Shown: positions 38,959 to 49,699, counted from the first letter of the stretch. The stretch: DNA of 64,000 bases from Sulfurimonadaceae bacterium (GCA_041548245.1 JBFESZ010000001.1:1-64000); one strand, 5' to 3'. The notes: generated by a model from the sequence alone, not told the origin. Program-made: numbers and translations.

Positions 38959-39387
38959 TTACTCTGCTCCACACTTTCCTGTGCCACATTTTCCGCTTCC
39001 ACACTTCATCTCATGAGCAGGGTTGTCTGTTTCACTCGGAATAAGTTCATGCAGGCCCTCTTCATCTTCATAACTGACAGGTTTGAAACCTTTAAGCTCA
39101 ATTGCCTTCATGATCGTATGTATATCCGTTTGTGTCTTGTCAAACTCGACAACAGCTTTTTGCTCTGGACTTGATGCCTCGATCTTTACCACACCTGGAT
39201 TGCTGGCAACCTTCTCAATAGCGATCTCACACGCTTCACATGTCATTCCACTCATATTGACCGTCTTTTTCACGATATTGGCCTTATCGACAATGACCTC
39301 TTTCGGTTTGCCCTCAAGCAGAAGTAAGACCAGTGCTCCTGCAACAACAAGTAAAGTTCCTATAGTGATAAAAATTTTCTTACCCAT
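38959..39387 (-). CDS. Membrane-anchored HMA (CopZ/MerP-like) metal-binding protein with a C-terminal KCG-repeat tail
   Basis: N-terminal TM or signal segment, GMTCEAC, and C-terminal HEMKCGSGKCGTGKCGAE. Confidence 0.88.
   Translation of the reverse strand: MGKKIFITIGTLLVVAGALVLLLLEGKPKEVIVDKANIVKKTVNMSGMTCEACEIAIEKVASNPGVVKIEASSPEQKAVVEFDKTQTDIHTIMKAIELKGFKPVSYEDEEGLHELIPSETDNPAHEMKCGSGKCGTGKCGAE
38969..39009. repeat. Imperfect 15-bp tandem repeat encoding the KCG units
   Basis: ccacactttcctgtg / ccacattttccgctt / ccacacttcat on the + strand. Confidence 0.8.
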
Positions 39388-39454
39388 ATTTTTCTCTTTT
39401 GATAATTTTTAAGAAGTCTACTATAACAAGCCTACTATTTAGATAAAATTCCAT

Positions 39455-40282
39455 ATGCAGAAAACAATATTAATTACAGGCTGTTCGAGTGGAATCGGTT
39501 ACGACACAGCCCACTATTTACATCAAAATGGCTACAGGGTCTTTGCGAGCGCACGTAAACATGAAGATGTCCAACGCTTAAAAGAGGAGGGGCTGGAAGC
39601 CTATCTTCTTGATGTCACCAAACCTGAAACCATCACACTGACACTTGAAGCTGTTTTAAAACAAACAGGGGGAAAACTTTATGCCTTGTTCAACAATGCA
39701 GGATACGGTCAACCCGGAGCCGTAGAAGACATCCCCACAGAGGTGTTAAAAGAGCAGTTTGAGACCAATCTCTTTGGCCTGCATGAGATGACACGGCGAG
39801 TCCTTCCAATTATGAGGACTCAGGGATATGGCCGGATCATTCAGCACTCGTCAGTCCTTGGGCTTATCTCTTTACGCTTCAGAGGGGCATACAACGCCTC
39901 GAAGTATGCCATTGAAGGTTTATGTGACACACTTCGCCTGGAGCTTGATAAAGAAGAGCAAATCCATGTCATAACTATTAACACCGGGCCCGTGCATTCT
40001 CACTTTAGAATCAACGCGACACAAAAATATTATGAACATATACATGGAAACCCTACGGTATTTGAGAATGAGTACAAACAAGAGCTGCTGCCTTATGAAG
40101 GTAAAAAGAAGAGTAACCCATTTACAAAGTCATCTGATGTCGTCATCGCTAACATTGTCAAGGCTTTAGAATCAAAAAAGCCAAGGCCTAGATACTATAA
40201 CACCACGGCAACTCATCTGTTAGGAGCTTTAAAACGCCTACTGCCAACAGCAATCCTGGACAAAATACTACTCAAGGTCTAG
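39455..40282 (+). CDS. Short-chain dehydrogenase/reductase (YbbO-like)
   Basis: TGCSSGIG, NNAGYG and the catalytic YNASK motif. Confidence 0.92.
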   Translation: MQKTILITGCSSGIGYDTAHYLHQNGYRVFASARKHEDVQRLKEEGLEAYLLDVTKPETITLTLEAVLKQTGGKLYALFNNAGYGQPGAVEDIPTEVLKEQFETNLFGLHEMTRRVLPIMRTQGYGRIIQHSSVLGLISLRFRGAYNASKYAIEGLCDTLRLELDKEEQIHVITINTGPVHSHFRINATQKYYEHIHGNPTVFENEYKQELLPYEGKKKSNPFTKSSDVVIANIVKALESKKPRPRYYNTTATHLLGALKRLLPTAILDKILLKV

Positions 40283-40677
40283 GCCCTCAGGGCAATCGCA
40301 TAGCGATTTGCCTGAGAGATATGTCTGATCTTTCGTAGTTCTTCTTCACTTAATGAAAAGCTCTTGACCTGCTGTATCATCCCTAATATATGATCATAAG
40401 AGCCAAACTGTATCACTTCTTCTAGCAATGCTTTGTGCGCGATAAACGCATAAATCTTCTGCATGATTTCATTACCGAAACCGTGATGAAGATTATGAAG
40501 GCAAAGCGTTGCTTTTTCACTCTCTTGGTTAAAAACCTTCTGTGCTTTTTCTAGAGCGATCTCCTGGCTCAGTCCCCTTGCCTGAAGCAGTTCAGATATC
40601 TTCTCCAGCGCAAAATTGGATGCGAATCGAACATAGGTTGTTGAGTTGTTAAAGAATAGAAGTTCATCATAGATCAT
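40279..40677 (-). CDS. Hypothetical helical protein
   Basis: 132-aa ORF with AAAGG upstream, overlapping the SDR stop convergently; no recognisable motif. Confidence 0.6.
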   Translation of the reverse strand: MIYDELLFFNNSTTYVRFASNFALEKISELLQARGLSQEIALEKAQKVFNQESEKATLCLHNLHHGFGNEIMQKIYAFIAHKALLEEVIQFGSYDHILGMIQQVKSFSLSEEELRKIRHISQANRYAIALRA

Positions 40678-40867
40678 ACTCAGCCTTTGAAAAAAATGTG
40701 TTGCCTAAAATGACATACAACCATCTTTAATTGGATTGGACTGATGCATTGTAAGAAGCCGCTGTGTCTAAATTGTGTGAACCATCATAATTGATGTAGA
40801 TCTGTTCAAATGAATGATGTCACAGCTACTCTAATCTTTGTTTAACTATTAGATCAGCCTATGGCTG

Positions 40868-41947
40868 TCACTGAGGGCTTAGGTCTCTGTTGGCAAGGTT
40901 TTCTAACAATACTGTCGCGTATGAGCCTTTAGGCAGAGTAAAACTCAATTCAAAACACTTCTGCTCTTTGTGATATTCATGTCGAATGGACTTAGGATAG
41001 ACAACAGCCTCTCTTCGTGTACCTACAGCGTCCACGCCCAGATCATCAAAATCATGTTCTATCTCGCCCGCCATCATTTTTGCGCGCCACGCTTTGGAAC
41101 CAGGAAGCAATCCCGTTGGTACCATTTTTTGCTCTCTGTAGGGTTTACGGATGGCTTGTAGATCAGTCACATTTATCCATTTTTTACTTTTATATTCATA
41201 CATGATATCCCCGGGTAAGACAGAAAAGATACCTGATTGATTTTTTAATATCTCGCACTCTACTTGGGATATGTTCATCTTAACAAGTAGCTCTTCACAA
41301 TCCTTTGTTTTGATATCAGATGATATCTCTATACGTTTTGCCAGCCAATCATTAAAAAGGTAGGATTGATACGCATGAAGCATGATCTTATTGACCTTGC
41401 TGTCTTTCATCATCAATTCACCTTGTGCGACATCCCTTGCTTTTTCAAAGTTTGCACTGTCACGGCCAAAACGCTGATATCCAAAATAGTTCGGCATCCC
41501 GTTGCGCATAATATCATCCAGCACTTCCTTCAATTCACGTGCAGACTCTACAGAGACATCATGCAGACGAATAAAGAAGTTGTTGCCTTTCAAATCTCCA
41601 ATGGAGAGCTTCTCTTTTGCTCGAAAACTTTCTACTATCCTGATCCTTGGATGCCGGAACTTCTCAAAACTTTTTGAAAACTTTAGTGGCAAAGAGATAT
41701 ATTGTGTCGTCGTCGCATGTTTATCCTTAAGCCCGGCATATCCAATGTTAAAACACTGAAGTTCTGCCTCAAGAATATCAAGCATTTCCATGGTTGAAAG
41801 ATCTTCTTTTTGTACCTTGGCGATATAATAGTTCCCCTTGTCACTAGGTTTATCAAAAAGGGGAATCTCTGTCACAATAAAATCATCTTTAGTCTGTCTG
41901 AATTTAAATTTAATCGGTTTATGGTTCTGAGGGAAAATACGTTTCAT
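40868..41947 (-). CDS. truD: tRNA pseudouridine(13) synthase
   Basis: DFIVTE, YAGLKDKHATTTQ (catalytic Asp), GNNFFIRL, PNYFGYQRFG and FTLPKGSYAT. Confidence 0.93.
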   Translation of the reverse strand: MKRIFPQNHKPIKFKFRQTKDDFIVTEIPLFDKPSDKGNYYIAKVQKEDLSTMEMLDILEAELQCFNIGYAGLKDKHATTTQYISLPLKFSKSFEKFRHPRIRIVESFRAKEKLSIGDLKGNNFFIRLHDVSVESARELKEVLDDIMRNGMPNYFGYQRFGRDSANFEKARDVAQGELMMKDSKVNKIMLHAYQSYLFNDWLAKRIEISSDIKTKDCEELLVKMNISQVECEILKNQSGIFSVLPGDIMYEYKSKKWINVTDLQAIRKPYREQKMVPTGLLPGSKAWRAKMMAGEIEHDFDDLGVDAVGTRREAVVYPKSIRHEYHKEQKCFELSFTLPKGSYATVLLENLANRDLSPQ

Positions 41948-42054
41948 TTATAATCTTTAGTGTGGGCATTATTTAACTGATACAATTATAGCCAATACTA
42001 CTTTTAAGGTACTGTGAAACACCACATCAAAAAAGATTCACTGACCAATACAAG

Positions 42055-43305
42055 TCAAAGCGTTTTCTTTTCTTTGACCTGAGCCTTGATAATGACTCTG
42101 TCTGTCATCACATTGAAGATATCATCTTCATTCAACTCTTCAAGTTCGATAACCTTTCTATCTTTAGAGATCTGAGCAAACCCTTTTTTGTTCTTCAGTT
42201 TGGGATCTTGTGTTAAGAACGTTCCTTCCAGCTGTTTGAGTTCTTGTCTCTTACGCTGAAGTATTGTATTCATCTGCCTAGAGAGCATATCCCACATCGG
42301 AGCAAGTTCACGTTTTGCACTTTCAAGGTTATAGCTTATCTTTTGATTATACATCGCTTTAATCTGCTTAAGCTCATCCATTCTCATTTTCAAACGGTTT
42401 TCAATAGAGTTTTGAGCGTATAAAGATCTAAGATGCATGATTCTCTCCTGAACCCTTTGAAGTCTTTGCCCTTGAGTGCGTATAAGTTGTTGCATCAAAG
42501 CATCAATATTCAACAGTATCTCATTTTGATCAGGAAGGATCATCTCCATTGCTGCTGATGGAGTCGGTGCTCTTAAGTCAGCCACATAATCGGATATTAC
42601 CCAGTCTATCTCATGTCCGACAGCTGATATCACAGGTGTCGTGCAATGATAGATAGAGTTCGCCACTATCTCTTCATTAAATCCCCAGAGATCTTCCATG
42701 CTTCCTCCACCTCGTCCAACAACAATAGCATCATGTCCATTCTTATCAGCCTGCTTAATAGCTCTGGCTATAGAGTTTGGAGCACTTTCACCTTGGACAA
42801 CAGCATCATAAAGAGAGATTTTGAGCAAAGGCCATCGCTGAGACGCTACACGAAGCATATCTTGCAAAGCCGCTCCCGTCTCGGAAGTAACAACACCCAA
42901 GCTCATAATGTATTTTGGTATCTTTTTCTTATGTTCAGGTGCAAAATAACCCTGTGCCTGGAGTTTGCTTTTTAACTGTTCAAAGGCTAAGGCCAAAGCT
43001 CCCTGACCCGAAGGTTCGGCAGAAATAACATTCAACTGATATTGCCCGCGTGGCTTATAAACGGTAATAGCCGCTTCCAAAACGACTTTCAGACCCTCTT
43101 CAAAACGGAACCTGAGCTTCGATGCATTTCCCCTAAACATAACACATGATATGGAAGAGGAAGCATCTTTAAGTGTAAAATAGACATGTCCGCTATTATG
43201 ATAGGTCACACGGGAAAGTTCACCTTCGACAAAAGTACGCATAAAAGTCGTTTCCAGAAGATTTTTAATCTGCTCGTTAAGACCGTCAACAGAGAGGATA
43301 TTCAT
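42055..43305 (-). CDS. xseA: Exodeoxyribonuclease VII large subunit
   Basis: SGHVYFTLKD, RGGGSMEDLWGFN, SAVGHE and RAPTPSAA. Confidence 0.96.
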   Translation of the reverse strand: MNILSVDGLNEQIKNLLETTFMRTFVEGELSRVTYHNSGHVYFTLKDASSSISCVMFRGNASKLRFRFEEGLKVVLEAAITVYKPRGQYQLNVISAEPSGQGALALAFEQLKSKLQAQGYFAPEHKKKIPKYIMSLGVVTSETGAALQDMLRVASQRWPLLKISLYDAVVQGESAPNSIARAIKQADKNGHDAIVVGRGGGSMEDLWGFNEEIVANSIYHCTTPVISAVGHEIDWVISDYVADLRAPTPSAAMEMILPDQNEILLNIDALMQQLIRTQGQRLQRVQERIMHLRSLYAQNSIENRLKMRMDELKQIKAMYNQKISYNLESAKRELAPMWDMLSRQMNTILQRKRQELKQLEGTFLTQDPKLKNKKGFAQISKDRKVIELEELNEDDIFNVMTDRVIIKAQVKEKKTL

Positions 43306-43330
43306 AGCAATCCTTTCTTCTTTATTTGCT

Positions 43331-44047
43331 TTACTTTTTTCGGGCGATAATAAGTGAACTGATGTTCATGGAAAAGCTCTTTGAATAGCAGACTTCGAAA
43401 CCAGCACCCGCTAACTCTTGCTGCATCTTCTCCAGTGTCAAGAACCCTTCAATTGAGTTAGGAAGATACTCATAGGCCTCTTTGTTATTGGAAATAGCCC
43501 CGCCAATCTTGGGAAGTACTCTGTTAAGGTAAAAATCGGTTATTTTTGGCAATATACCCGGATTCTCACGTTTCATAAACTCCAAAATAACAACAAATCC
43601 GCCTGGTTTGAGTACACGATTGAACTCAGTCAATGCCTCTTCTCGTTCTACGACATTTCTTATCCCATACGAGATACTTAAAAAGTCTGCTTTGGCATCC
43701 TCAACAGGAATATCCGTTGCCTTAGAGATCGCATAATCAAACTTAGGAAACTTTCCCCTTGCGACATCGACCATTCCGTTGGATGGGTCGACACCCAGAA
43801 GTCTCTTTACGTCAATATCTGAACGCTGTGCGCGACGCATCCAATAATCCATCATATCACCTGTACCACAGGCAATGTCCAAGATAAGGTCTATCTCTTT
43901 TTTACCATACAGCTTGTAGGCAAGATCACACCCCTTCTTACGCCATGTTTTATCGATCCCCATACTCAATACTCGGTTGGCCCTGTCATAAGTCGGTGCG
44001 ATATTGTTAAACATCTCAACGATCTTTTCCTGTTTTTCGATTGCCAT
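43331..44047 (-). CDS. ubiE: Demethylmenaquinone methyltransferase UbiE/MenG
   Basis: MFNNIAPTYDRAN, LDIACGTGD, YGIRNV and AYEYLPNSI. Start at ATG 44047. Confidence 0.94.
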   Translation of the reverse strand: MAIEKQEKIVEMFNNIAPTYDRANRVLSMGIDKTWRKKGCDLAYKLYGKKEIDLILDIACGTGDMMDYWMRRAQRSDIDVKRLLGVDPSNGMVDVARGKFPKFDYAISKATDIPVEDAKADFLSISYGIRNVVEREEALTEFNRVLKPGGFVVILEFMKRENPGILPKITDFYLNRVLPKIGGAISNNKEAYEYLPNSIEGFLTLEKMQQELAGAGFEVCYSKSFSMNISSLIIARKK

Positions 44048-45045
44048 TATCTCTCCATCCAAATCATCAGATCATTTTCCAGCTTATCACTTTGCAAAAT
44101 TGTAAAGTTTGCTTGTTCATTTGAGAACTTCACTTTGCCCCCACTCACAGGAGAAAGAAAACACAAATACCTATCAGTGATATCCCTTGTAGCCTTAAAC
44201 ATTTCAGGTCCACCTTCAATCAGGATATTCTTATACTTTTTGATTTTTTCAAGACTATCTTCGATATAGACTTTACGTCCTTTTACATCGAACAGCGGAA
44301 TCGTTTTATCGATATCTTGCGATCTTGAATAGATAAGTACATCGGGAGCTTTACCATCAACCAGCCTTGCATCGAGTATCGGCCTGTCCATACGCACGGT
44401 ATTGCCGCCGATAACAAGAAGGTCACATTTGTCCCTCATCGCATGAACCTTTGTTCGTGATGTCTTATCGGAGATTGTCCCACCGTCAATCGTCCCATCC
44501 AGACGTTGAGCCCATTTAAAAGTCACAAATCGCTCTTCGTTCCACTTCATGAAAGGCTTGAGCAAGGCTTTGCCCTCTTCTTCACAAAGGCCATACTCGA
44601 CATTTATCCCACCAGATATCAAAGCATGGGCTCCGCCTGTCGCTTCCGGATTAGGGTCATAATGAGAAATATATACCTTTTGGGGACGCATCTTTTTTAT
44701 AAGGTCTGAACATGAAGGGGTTTTACCTTGGTGGGTACACGGTTCCAGGGTGATATACATCTCGCAGAATAAAAATATCCCGTTATGATACTTCAGAAGA
44801 TACTCATGAATATCTTCGGCTTTGCTCAGTTTCTCGATGCCTCTGTCTATGCTTAAAGCCATATAGGCTTCTTTAAGTGCCATCACTTCAGCATGCGGCT
44901 CTCCCGCTTTGGTATGTGCAGCTACAGCAATAACGGCTCCATTTTGTACAATCGTACATCCAACAGCAGGATTAGGATAAGTCAAGCCCTGATACTTCCA
45001 TGCAGCATCAAGGGCAAGCCTCATATACTTTTCATTACCAGTCAA
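44047..45045 (-). CDS. ribD: Riboflavin biosynthesis deaminase/reductase
   Basis: PNPAVG, HAE, LEPCTHQGKTPSC and IEGG. Start is TTG 45045 or ATG 45024. Confidence 0.93.
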   Translation of the reverse strand: MTGNEKYMRLALDAAWKYQGLTYPNPAVGCTIVQNGAVIAVAAHTKAGEPHAEVMALKEAYMALSIDRGIEKLSKAEDIHEYLLKYHNGIFLFCEMYITLEPCTHQGKTPSCSDLIKKMRPQKVYISHYDPNPEATGGAHALISGGINVEYGLCEEEGKALLKPFMKWNEERFVTFKWAQRLDGTIDGGTISDKTSRTKVHAMRDKCDLLVIGGNTVRMDRPILDARLVDGKAPDVLIYSRSQDIDKTIPLFDVKGRKVYIEDSLEKIKKYKNILIEGGPEMFKATRDITDRYLCFLSPVSGGKVKFSNEQANFTILQSDKLENDLMIWMER

Positions 45046-45466
45046 AATAGGTCGATGCCTTGATGATCTCATCAAATGATACCGTCTGCTCGCCAACTTG
45101 TTCGTCTTCGACAGTAATATTTGAATCTTCTACTTTAAGGAGTTTTCCTTTCAATACCTCGTTGGAGATCAGCACAAGTTTCACCTTTTCCCCTACAGAG
45201 GCATTGAAATGCTTGAGCGACTTTAACTTGCGCTCTATTCCAGGAGAGCTCACCTCCAACCGGTAATCCCCGCTGACCGGTGGAGTAACATCCAACAGTG
45301 GGTTTAATACACGTGTCATGTCAGCACATTGATCTAGTGTTACACCCTCTTTAGAGTTGATCATAACACGATAAATCGTAGCACCAAACTCACTCACTGT
45401 CACAATGTCGTACAACGATAAGCCCATAGACTCAACAACGTTTTGAATATCTGACTCAAGACTCAT
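45035..45466 (-). CDS. rimP: Ribosome maturation factor RimP
   Basis: GVTLDQC and YRLEVSSPGIERKL; start at ATG 45466. Confidence 0.94.
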   Translation of the reverse strand: MSLESDIQNVVESMGLSLYDIVTVSEFGATIYRVMINSKEGVTLDQCADMTRVLNPLLDVTPPVSGDYRLEVSSPGIERKLKSLKHFNASVGEKVKLVLISNEVLKGKLLKVEDSNITVEDEQVGEQTVSFDEIIKASTYFDW

Positions 45467-45827
45467 CTTGCTCTCCTCTCTCTTTTGATATCTGCTTAAA
45501 AAGGTCTTCCATTTTTGAGACGTGTTCGAAATGTGTATCGAACTCAAAAGTCAGATTTGGACATCGATACCATCCCTGGTCCTGCATACAGTGCGCTTCA
45601 ATGATCGGTTTAGCCCCACGCAGAAGTTTTAACAATGCATTGCGCTCTTTTTCAGTATAGGAGTGAGGGTCTAAAAAAACCTTCGCATCGCTTCGCCCTT
45701 TCGAAACAACGACTTCAACAACATCGACTTCATGAATACGGGCATCTTTTAGGGAAGATATCGCTTCAGGGATCAATTCAAGAAGAAGTGATTCCGTGCG
45801 TTTTTTCTTTATCTCTGCGGGAGTCAC
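45456..45827 (-). CDS. rbfA: Ribosome-binding factor A
   Basis: [18 protein letters not shown] and CPNLTFEFD; follows infB. Confidence 0.92.
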   Translation of the reverse strand: MTPAEIKKKRTESLLLELIPEAISSLKDARIHEVDVVEVVVSKGRSDAKVFLDPHSYTEKERNALLKLLRGAKPIIEAHCMQDQGWYRCPNLTFEFDTHFEHVSKMEDLFKQISKERGEQDES

Positions 45828-48481
45828 AGTTCTACTTTTTGCTCTACTTTCGTAAATGTCTCAATAACATCGCCTGGTTGTACATCTTCATAACCATCAA
45901 TAACGACACCACACTCGTAGCCATTACCGACTTCTTTGACATCGTCTTTAAAACGTTTCAATGAATTAAGTTCGCCCTCAAAGATAACAACACCCTCACG
46001 GATAACACGTACCAAACCGCCACGGACAAGTTTTCCATCGACAACAAGACAACCTGCAACGACACCTTTAGGAATTTTGAATACCTCTTTGACATCAGCC
46101 TGACCAGAGTTGGTTTCAGTATATTTAGGGCTCATCATACCGGTTAGCATACCTGTGACATCATCGATCATCTCGTAAATAATGTTATAAGTCTTGATCT
46201 CTACACCAAACTGTTTAGCAGCAGCTTTGACCGTACCTGTAGGGCGGACATTAAAGCCAAGAATAACACAATCATCTGACCCATTTGCAAGAGCAACATC
46301 ATTTTCTGTGATCCCACCGACACCCGAGGAGATGATGTTTACCTTAACTTCATCATTACGCAGTTCGCTCAACGAAGATTTCAAGGCCTCAAGAGAACCA
46401 TGCACATCGGCTTTAAGAATAACACTCAATGCTTTGAGTTTACCTTCTGCAATCATTGCAGTAAGATCATCCATCGTAGATTTTGTAGAAACCGAAAGCT
46501 CTTTATGACGGTCATACTCATGACGCTTCATCGCGACCTCTTTGGCCTCTTTTTCACTTTCCATCGCAACAAGTATCTCACCCGCAGCAGGAACCAGACT
46601 CAATCCGACGACAACACCTGTTTCAGATGGTCCAAGTACTTTGATCGGTTTTTTATTATCATCCAATAGTGCACGTACACGCCCATGAGCTGAACCAGCT
46701 GCAATCGGATCTCCAACTTTTAATGTACCATTGTTGATAACAACAGTTGCGACCGGCCCACGTCCTTTTTCCACACTTGATTCCACGACTGTCGCTTTTG
46801 CGAGTACATTAGGATTAGCTTTAAGCTCCATAATTTCAGCTTGTAAAAGGATTGCTTCTAGAAGATCATTCAAACCAGCGCCCGTTTTGGCCGATACAGG
46901 CACGAATTCCACATCACCACCCCATGCGACAGGGCTCACGCCGTATTCAGCCATACCTGCCATTGCCATATCCGGATTGGCACCCTCTTTATCCATTTTA
47001 TTGACAGCGACAATGATCGGATTACCTGACTCTTTTGCCATCTTGATTGATTCGATTGTCTGAGGTTTGACACCATCATCAGCCGCGACCACGATGATGA
47101 TAATATCCGTCACATGTGCACCGCGTGAACGAATAGCGGAGAATGCTGCGTGACCCGGTGTATCAAGGAAAGTAATCTTTTCACCGTGTTGTTCGATTGT
47201 GTAAGCACCGATATGTTGTGTGATGCCACCTGCTTCGCCTGCTGCGACGCGTCCTGAACGTATCGCATCCAAAAGTGAGGTTTTACCATGGTCAACGTGT
47301 CCCATAATTGTAATGACAGGAGGACGTTTTACAGCATCCGGGTCAACTTCAACATCCTCAGTCTCTTGAATGTTTTCAAGATCGAATGCCGCTTTTGGGT
47401 CAATAGTCGTTACTTCAACTTCGAACTCTTCCGCGAGGATCTCGATTTCATCTTTGCTTAAAAAATCATTCTTTGTTGCCATTTTCCCAAGATCAAAAAG
47501 TACTTTGATAATTTCAACCATAGGACGGTTGATCTTCTCTGCAAACTCATATACCCGAATATCTTCTGGTATCTCGACATTGGTTATCACAATATCATCA
47601 GCCGCATCTTTACGGCGACGCTTCTTCGCCTTTCCACGAGCCACTGAACGCTGTCCGCCACCGCCTGAACGGCGACGTTGCTGTGGATTGCTCTTGTTAG
47701 CAGCATTTCGCGCCTCACGCTCTTTGCGCTCTTCTTCAATAGCTTTTTCACGCTCTTTACGCGCTTCTTCTTCACGGAAATCAAGAAGTACAACCTGGTC
47801 TTCTTCAAAGTCCATTGAGATTTCAGCCATATCTCCGCCGAAAATGTCAAGCTTATTACCCTGGCTTTTAGGTGAAGTCGCTGTCGCTGCTTTTTTCTTC
47901 TTCTTAGAAGAACGTGCATTCATCTCTGCAATCGCTTCAGGAGACAGTTTACCGTAGTTTGAGGTGAACTCCGGTGATTTATATGTTGCGGGACTGTCTG
48001 ATACCTCACTGCCAGATTTTACTGTTTCAGGCTTCTTTTTCTTAACAATCTTGAGACCAGAGCGTTTTTTGTCAGTAGGCACTTTATTGATGATTGGTTT
48101 TTCTTCAGGTGCTTTAGAAGGAACTGATGCTTCTTCTACTTTTTCCTCTTCTTCTGGAGCATTTGAGACTTCTTTGACTGTTGCTGCTTCTTTTTCTTCA
48201 GTTTTAGCTTCAAGCTCTTGTGTCTGCGCAGAAGTTTTCTCTTCAGTCGCTTTCTCTTCCACTTCTTTTTTAGGAGCTTTTTTAATCACTGGTTTCGGTT
48301 TTGGTGGTGTCAAAGAAGCTGGATTCATTACGAAGTTCATAATCTTTTCTGCTTCTTCCATAGAAACGCTACTGGATGCGGTCTTAACATCGATGCCCAT
48401 CTCTATGGCCTTGTCAACAACCTCTTTACTTTTTATACCCAGTTCTGTCGCGATCTCGTGTACTCTTACCTTATCTATCAT
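45824..48481 (-). CDS. infB: Translation initiation factor IF-2
   Basis: [30 protein letters not shown] and GYECG. Confidence 0.98.
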   Translation of the reverse strand: MIDKVRVHEIATELGIKSKEVVDKAIEMGIDVKTASSSVSMEEAEKIMNFVMNPASLTPPKPKPVIKKAPKKEVEEKATEEKTSAQTQELEAKTEEKEAATVKEVSNAPEEEEKVEEASVPSKAPEEKPIINKVPTDKKRSGLKIVKKKKPETVKSGSEVSDSPATYKSPEFTSNYGKLSPEAIAEMNARSSKKKKKAATATSPKSQGNKLDIFGGDMAEISMDFEEDQVVLLDFREEEARKEREKAIEEERKEREARNAANKSNPQQRRRSGGGGQRSVARGKAKKRRRKDAADDIVITNVEIPEDIRVYEFAEKINRPMVEIIKVLFDLGKMATKNDFLSKDEIEILAEEFEVEVTTIDPKAAFDLENIQETEDVEVDPDAVKRPPVITIMGHVDHGKTSLLDAIRSGRVAAGEAGGITQHIGAYTIEQHGEKITFLDTPGHAAFSAIRSRGAHVTDIIIIVVAADDGVKPQTIESIKMAKESGNPIIVAVNKMDKEGANPDMAMAGMAEYGVSPVAWGGDVEFVPVSAKTGAGLNDLLEAILLQAEIMELKANPNVLAKATVVESSVEKGRGPVATVVINNGTLKVGDPIAAGSAHGRVRALLDDNKKPIKVLGPSETGVVVGLSLVPAAGEILVAMESEKEAKEVAMKRHEYDRHKELSVSTKSTMDDLTAMIAEGKLKALSVILKADVHGSLEALKSSLSELRNDEVKVNIISSGVGGITENDVALANGSDDCVILGFNVRPTGTVKAAAKQFGVEIKTYNIIYEMIDDVTGMLTGMMSPKYTETNSGQADVKEVFKIPKGVVAGCLVVDGKLVRGGLVRVIREGVVIFEGELNSLKRFKDDVKEVGNGYECGVVIDGYEDVQPGDVIETFTKVEQKVEL

Positions 48482-48731
48482 CAGCTCTTAGCTCCTTCAA
48501 TACATTACGTATATTATCATGTGAATCTTTTCCGCTTTTACAACGACCTGCTAGTTGTTTGACCAGCTTAGGATTTTCAATACATGAAGCACAGACATAT
48601 AAACTGCGCCCTACTCCCTCAAACAGTTGAATCTGCTTCTCCTTGCACTGAAGGCGAATCAAGTTTGACTGTTCCATCCGTTGCCTGCATTGTATACACA
48701 TACGGATCGGAATATGTGATTTTCGCGCCAT
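48471..48731 (-). CDS. ylxR: YlxR/DUF448 RNA-binding protein
   Basis: PIRMCIQCR...[10 protein letters not shown]; immediately upstream of infB. Confidence 0.85.
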   Translation of the reverse strand: MARKSHIPIRMCIQCRQRMEQSNLIRLQCKEKQIQLFEGVGRSLYVCASCIENPKLVKQLAGRCKSGKDSHDNIRNVLKELRADDR

Positions 48732-48781
48732 TATACCGTATTCTTTCTTAGATTCTTGCTAGATTACCGTGTATCAAAAAA

Positions 48782-49669
48782 TTAACGTTCAATCTTCAGG
48801 CCATAATTGTCAAAATCCAAAGTTTTAACCACAAACTCCGGAAAACGCTGTTCCATCTTTTCATGAATTCTTCCCGCATCTTCATCATAGCACATACTGA
48901 AAAATGTCGAACCCGAACCTGAAAGCGTGCTCATCAATGCGCCATTTTCATAGGCGATTTTTTGAACAGTAAAAAGTTCAGGCAGCATCTTCATACGCTG
49001 ACGTTGATGGAATCTGTCTTTGGAGGCAATACGCAGCATCTCCCAGTTCTCACTGTAAAAAGATGCCACCAGTAATGATGCATGAGAAAGATTGAAAATG
49101 GCATTTTCTTTATTATATGACTTTGGCAATGTTGTACGAGAATGTGCTGTCGAAATAGGTTTATTAGGGATAACAACAACCGCTTTCAGATAAGGAGGCA
49201 GATGTTTCTTCTCTGAGAAGACCTTACCTTTCTCCACAACAGCCGTATTAAATCCACCCATCACTGCTGGTGTAATATTGTCTGGATGCGGTTCATACTG
49301 CAGGGCATGGTTTAAGATACGGCGACGAGACACCCGCACTCCTGCGGCTTCATGTGCAGAAGCGATGGCCGATACGATCACAGCAGAAGAGCTTCCCAAT
49401 CCACGAGAAAGCGGCACTTGGTTGTTAAAGGTAAATTTGAAATGTTGACGCTTTTGTGTCAACCTGCTATAGTGGTCATTAAAGATGCTGACAAAAAGAT
49501 TATTACCTTTTAATTTCGGATTGTTTTCACCTTCACCACGTACTGATACAGAATGAAAACGAGACGGTCTGATATCAACCGTATTTCTTAAATCAAGAGC
49601 AAGTCCCAGGGAGTCAAATCCTGGGCCAAGGTTGGCACTAGTCGCGGGTACACTTATTATCATCATCAA
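48782..49669 (-). CDS. thrB: Homoserine kinase
   Basis: [28 protein letters not shown] and LSGSGST. Confidence 0.96.
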   Translation of the reverse strand: MMMIISVPATSANLGPGFDSLGLALDLRNTVDIRPSRFHSVSVRGEGENNPKLKGNNLFVSIFNDHYSRLTQKRQHFKFTFNNQVPLSRGLGSSSAVIVSAIASAHEAAGVRVSRRRILNHALQYEPHPDNITPAVMGGFNTAVVEKGKVFSEKKHLPPYLKAVVVIPNKPISTAHSRTTLPKSYNKENAIFNLSHASLLVASFYSENWEMLRIASKDRFHQRQRMKMLPELFTVQKIAYENGALMSTLSGSGSTFFSMCYDEDAGRIHEKMEQRFPEFVVKTLDFDNYGLKIER

Positions 49670-49699
49670 TCCTTTTTGAGCAAAAAGACTTTACACAAT

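Noticed and set aside
38969-39009. Short tandem repeat as a CRISPR or mobile-element repeat
   Set aside because: It has only three degenerate in-frame units with no spacers and is explained by the KCG peptide repeat.
47370-48562. Long Ser/Phe-rich + strand ORFs antisense to infB
   Set aside because: These are shadow frames of the Lys/Glu-rich low-complexity IF-2 N-terminus, with no RBS or protein motif.
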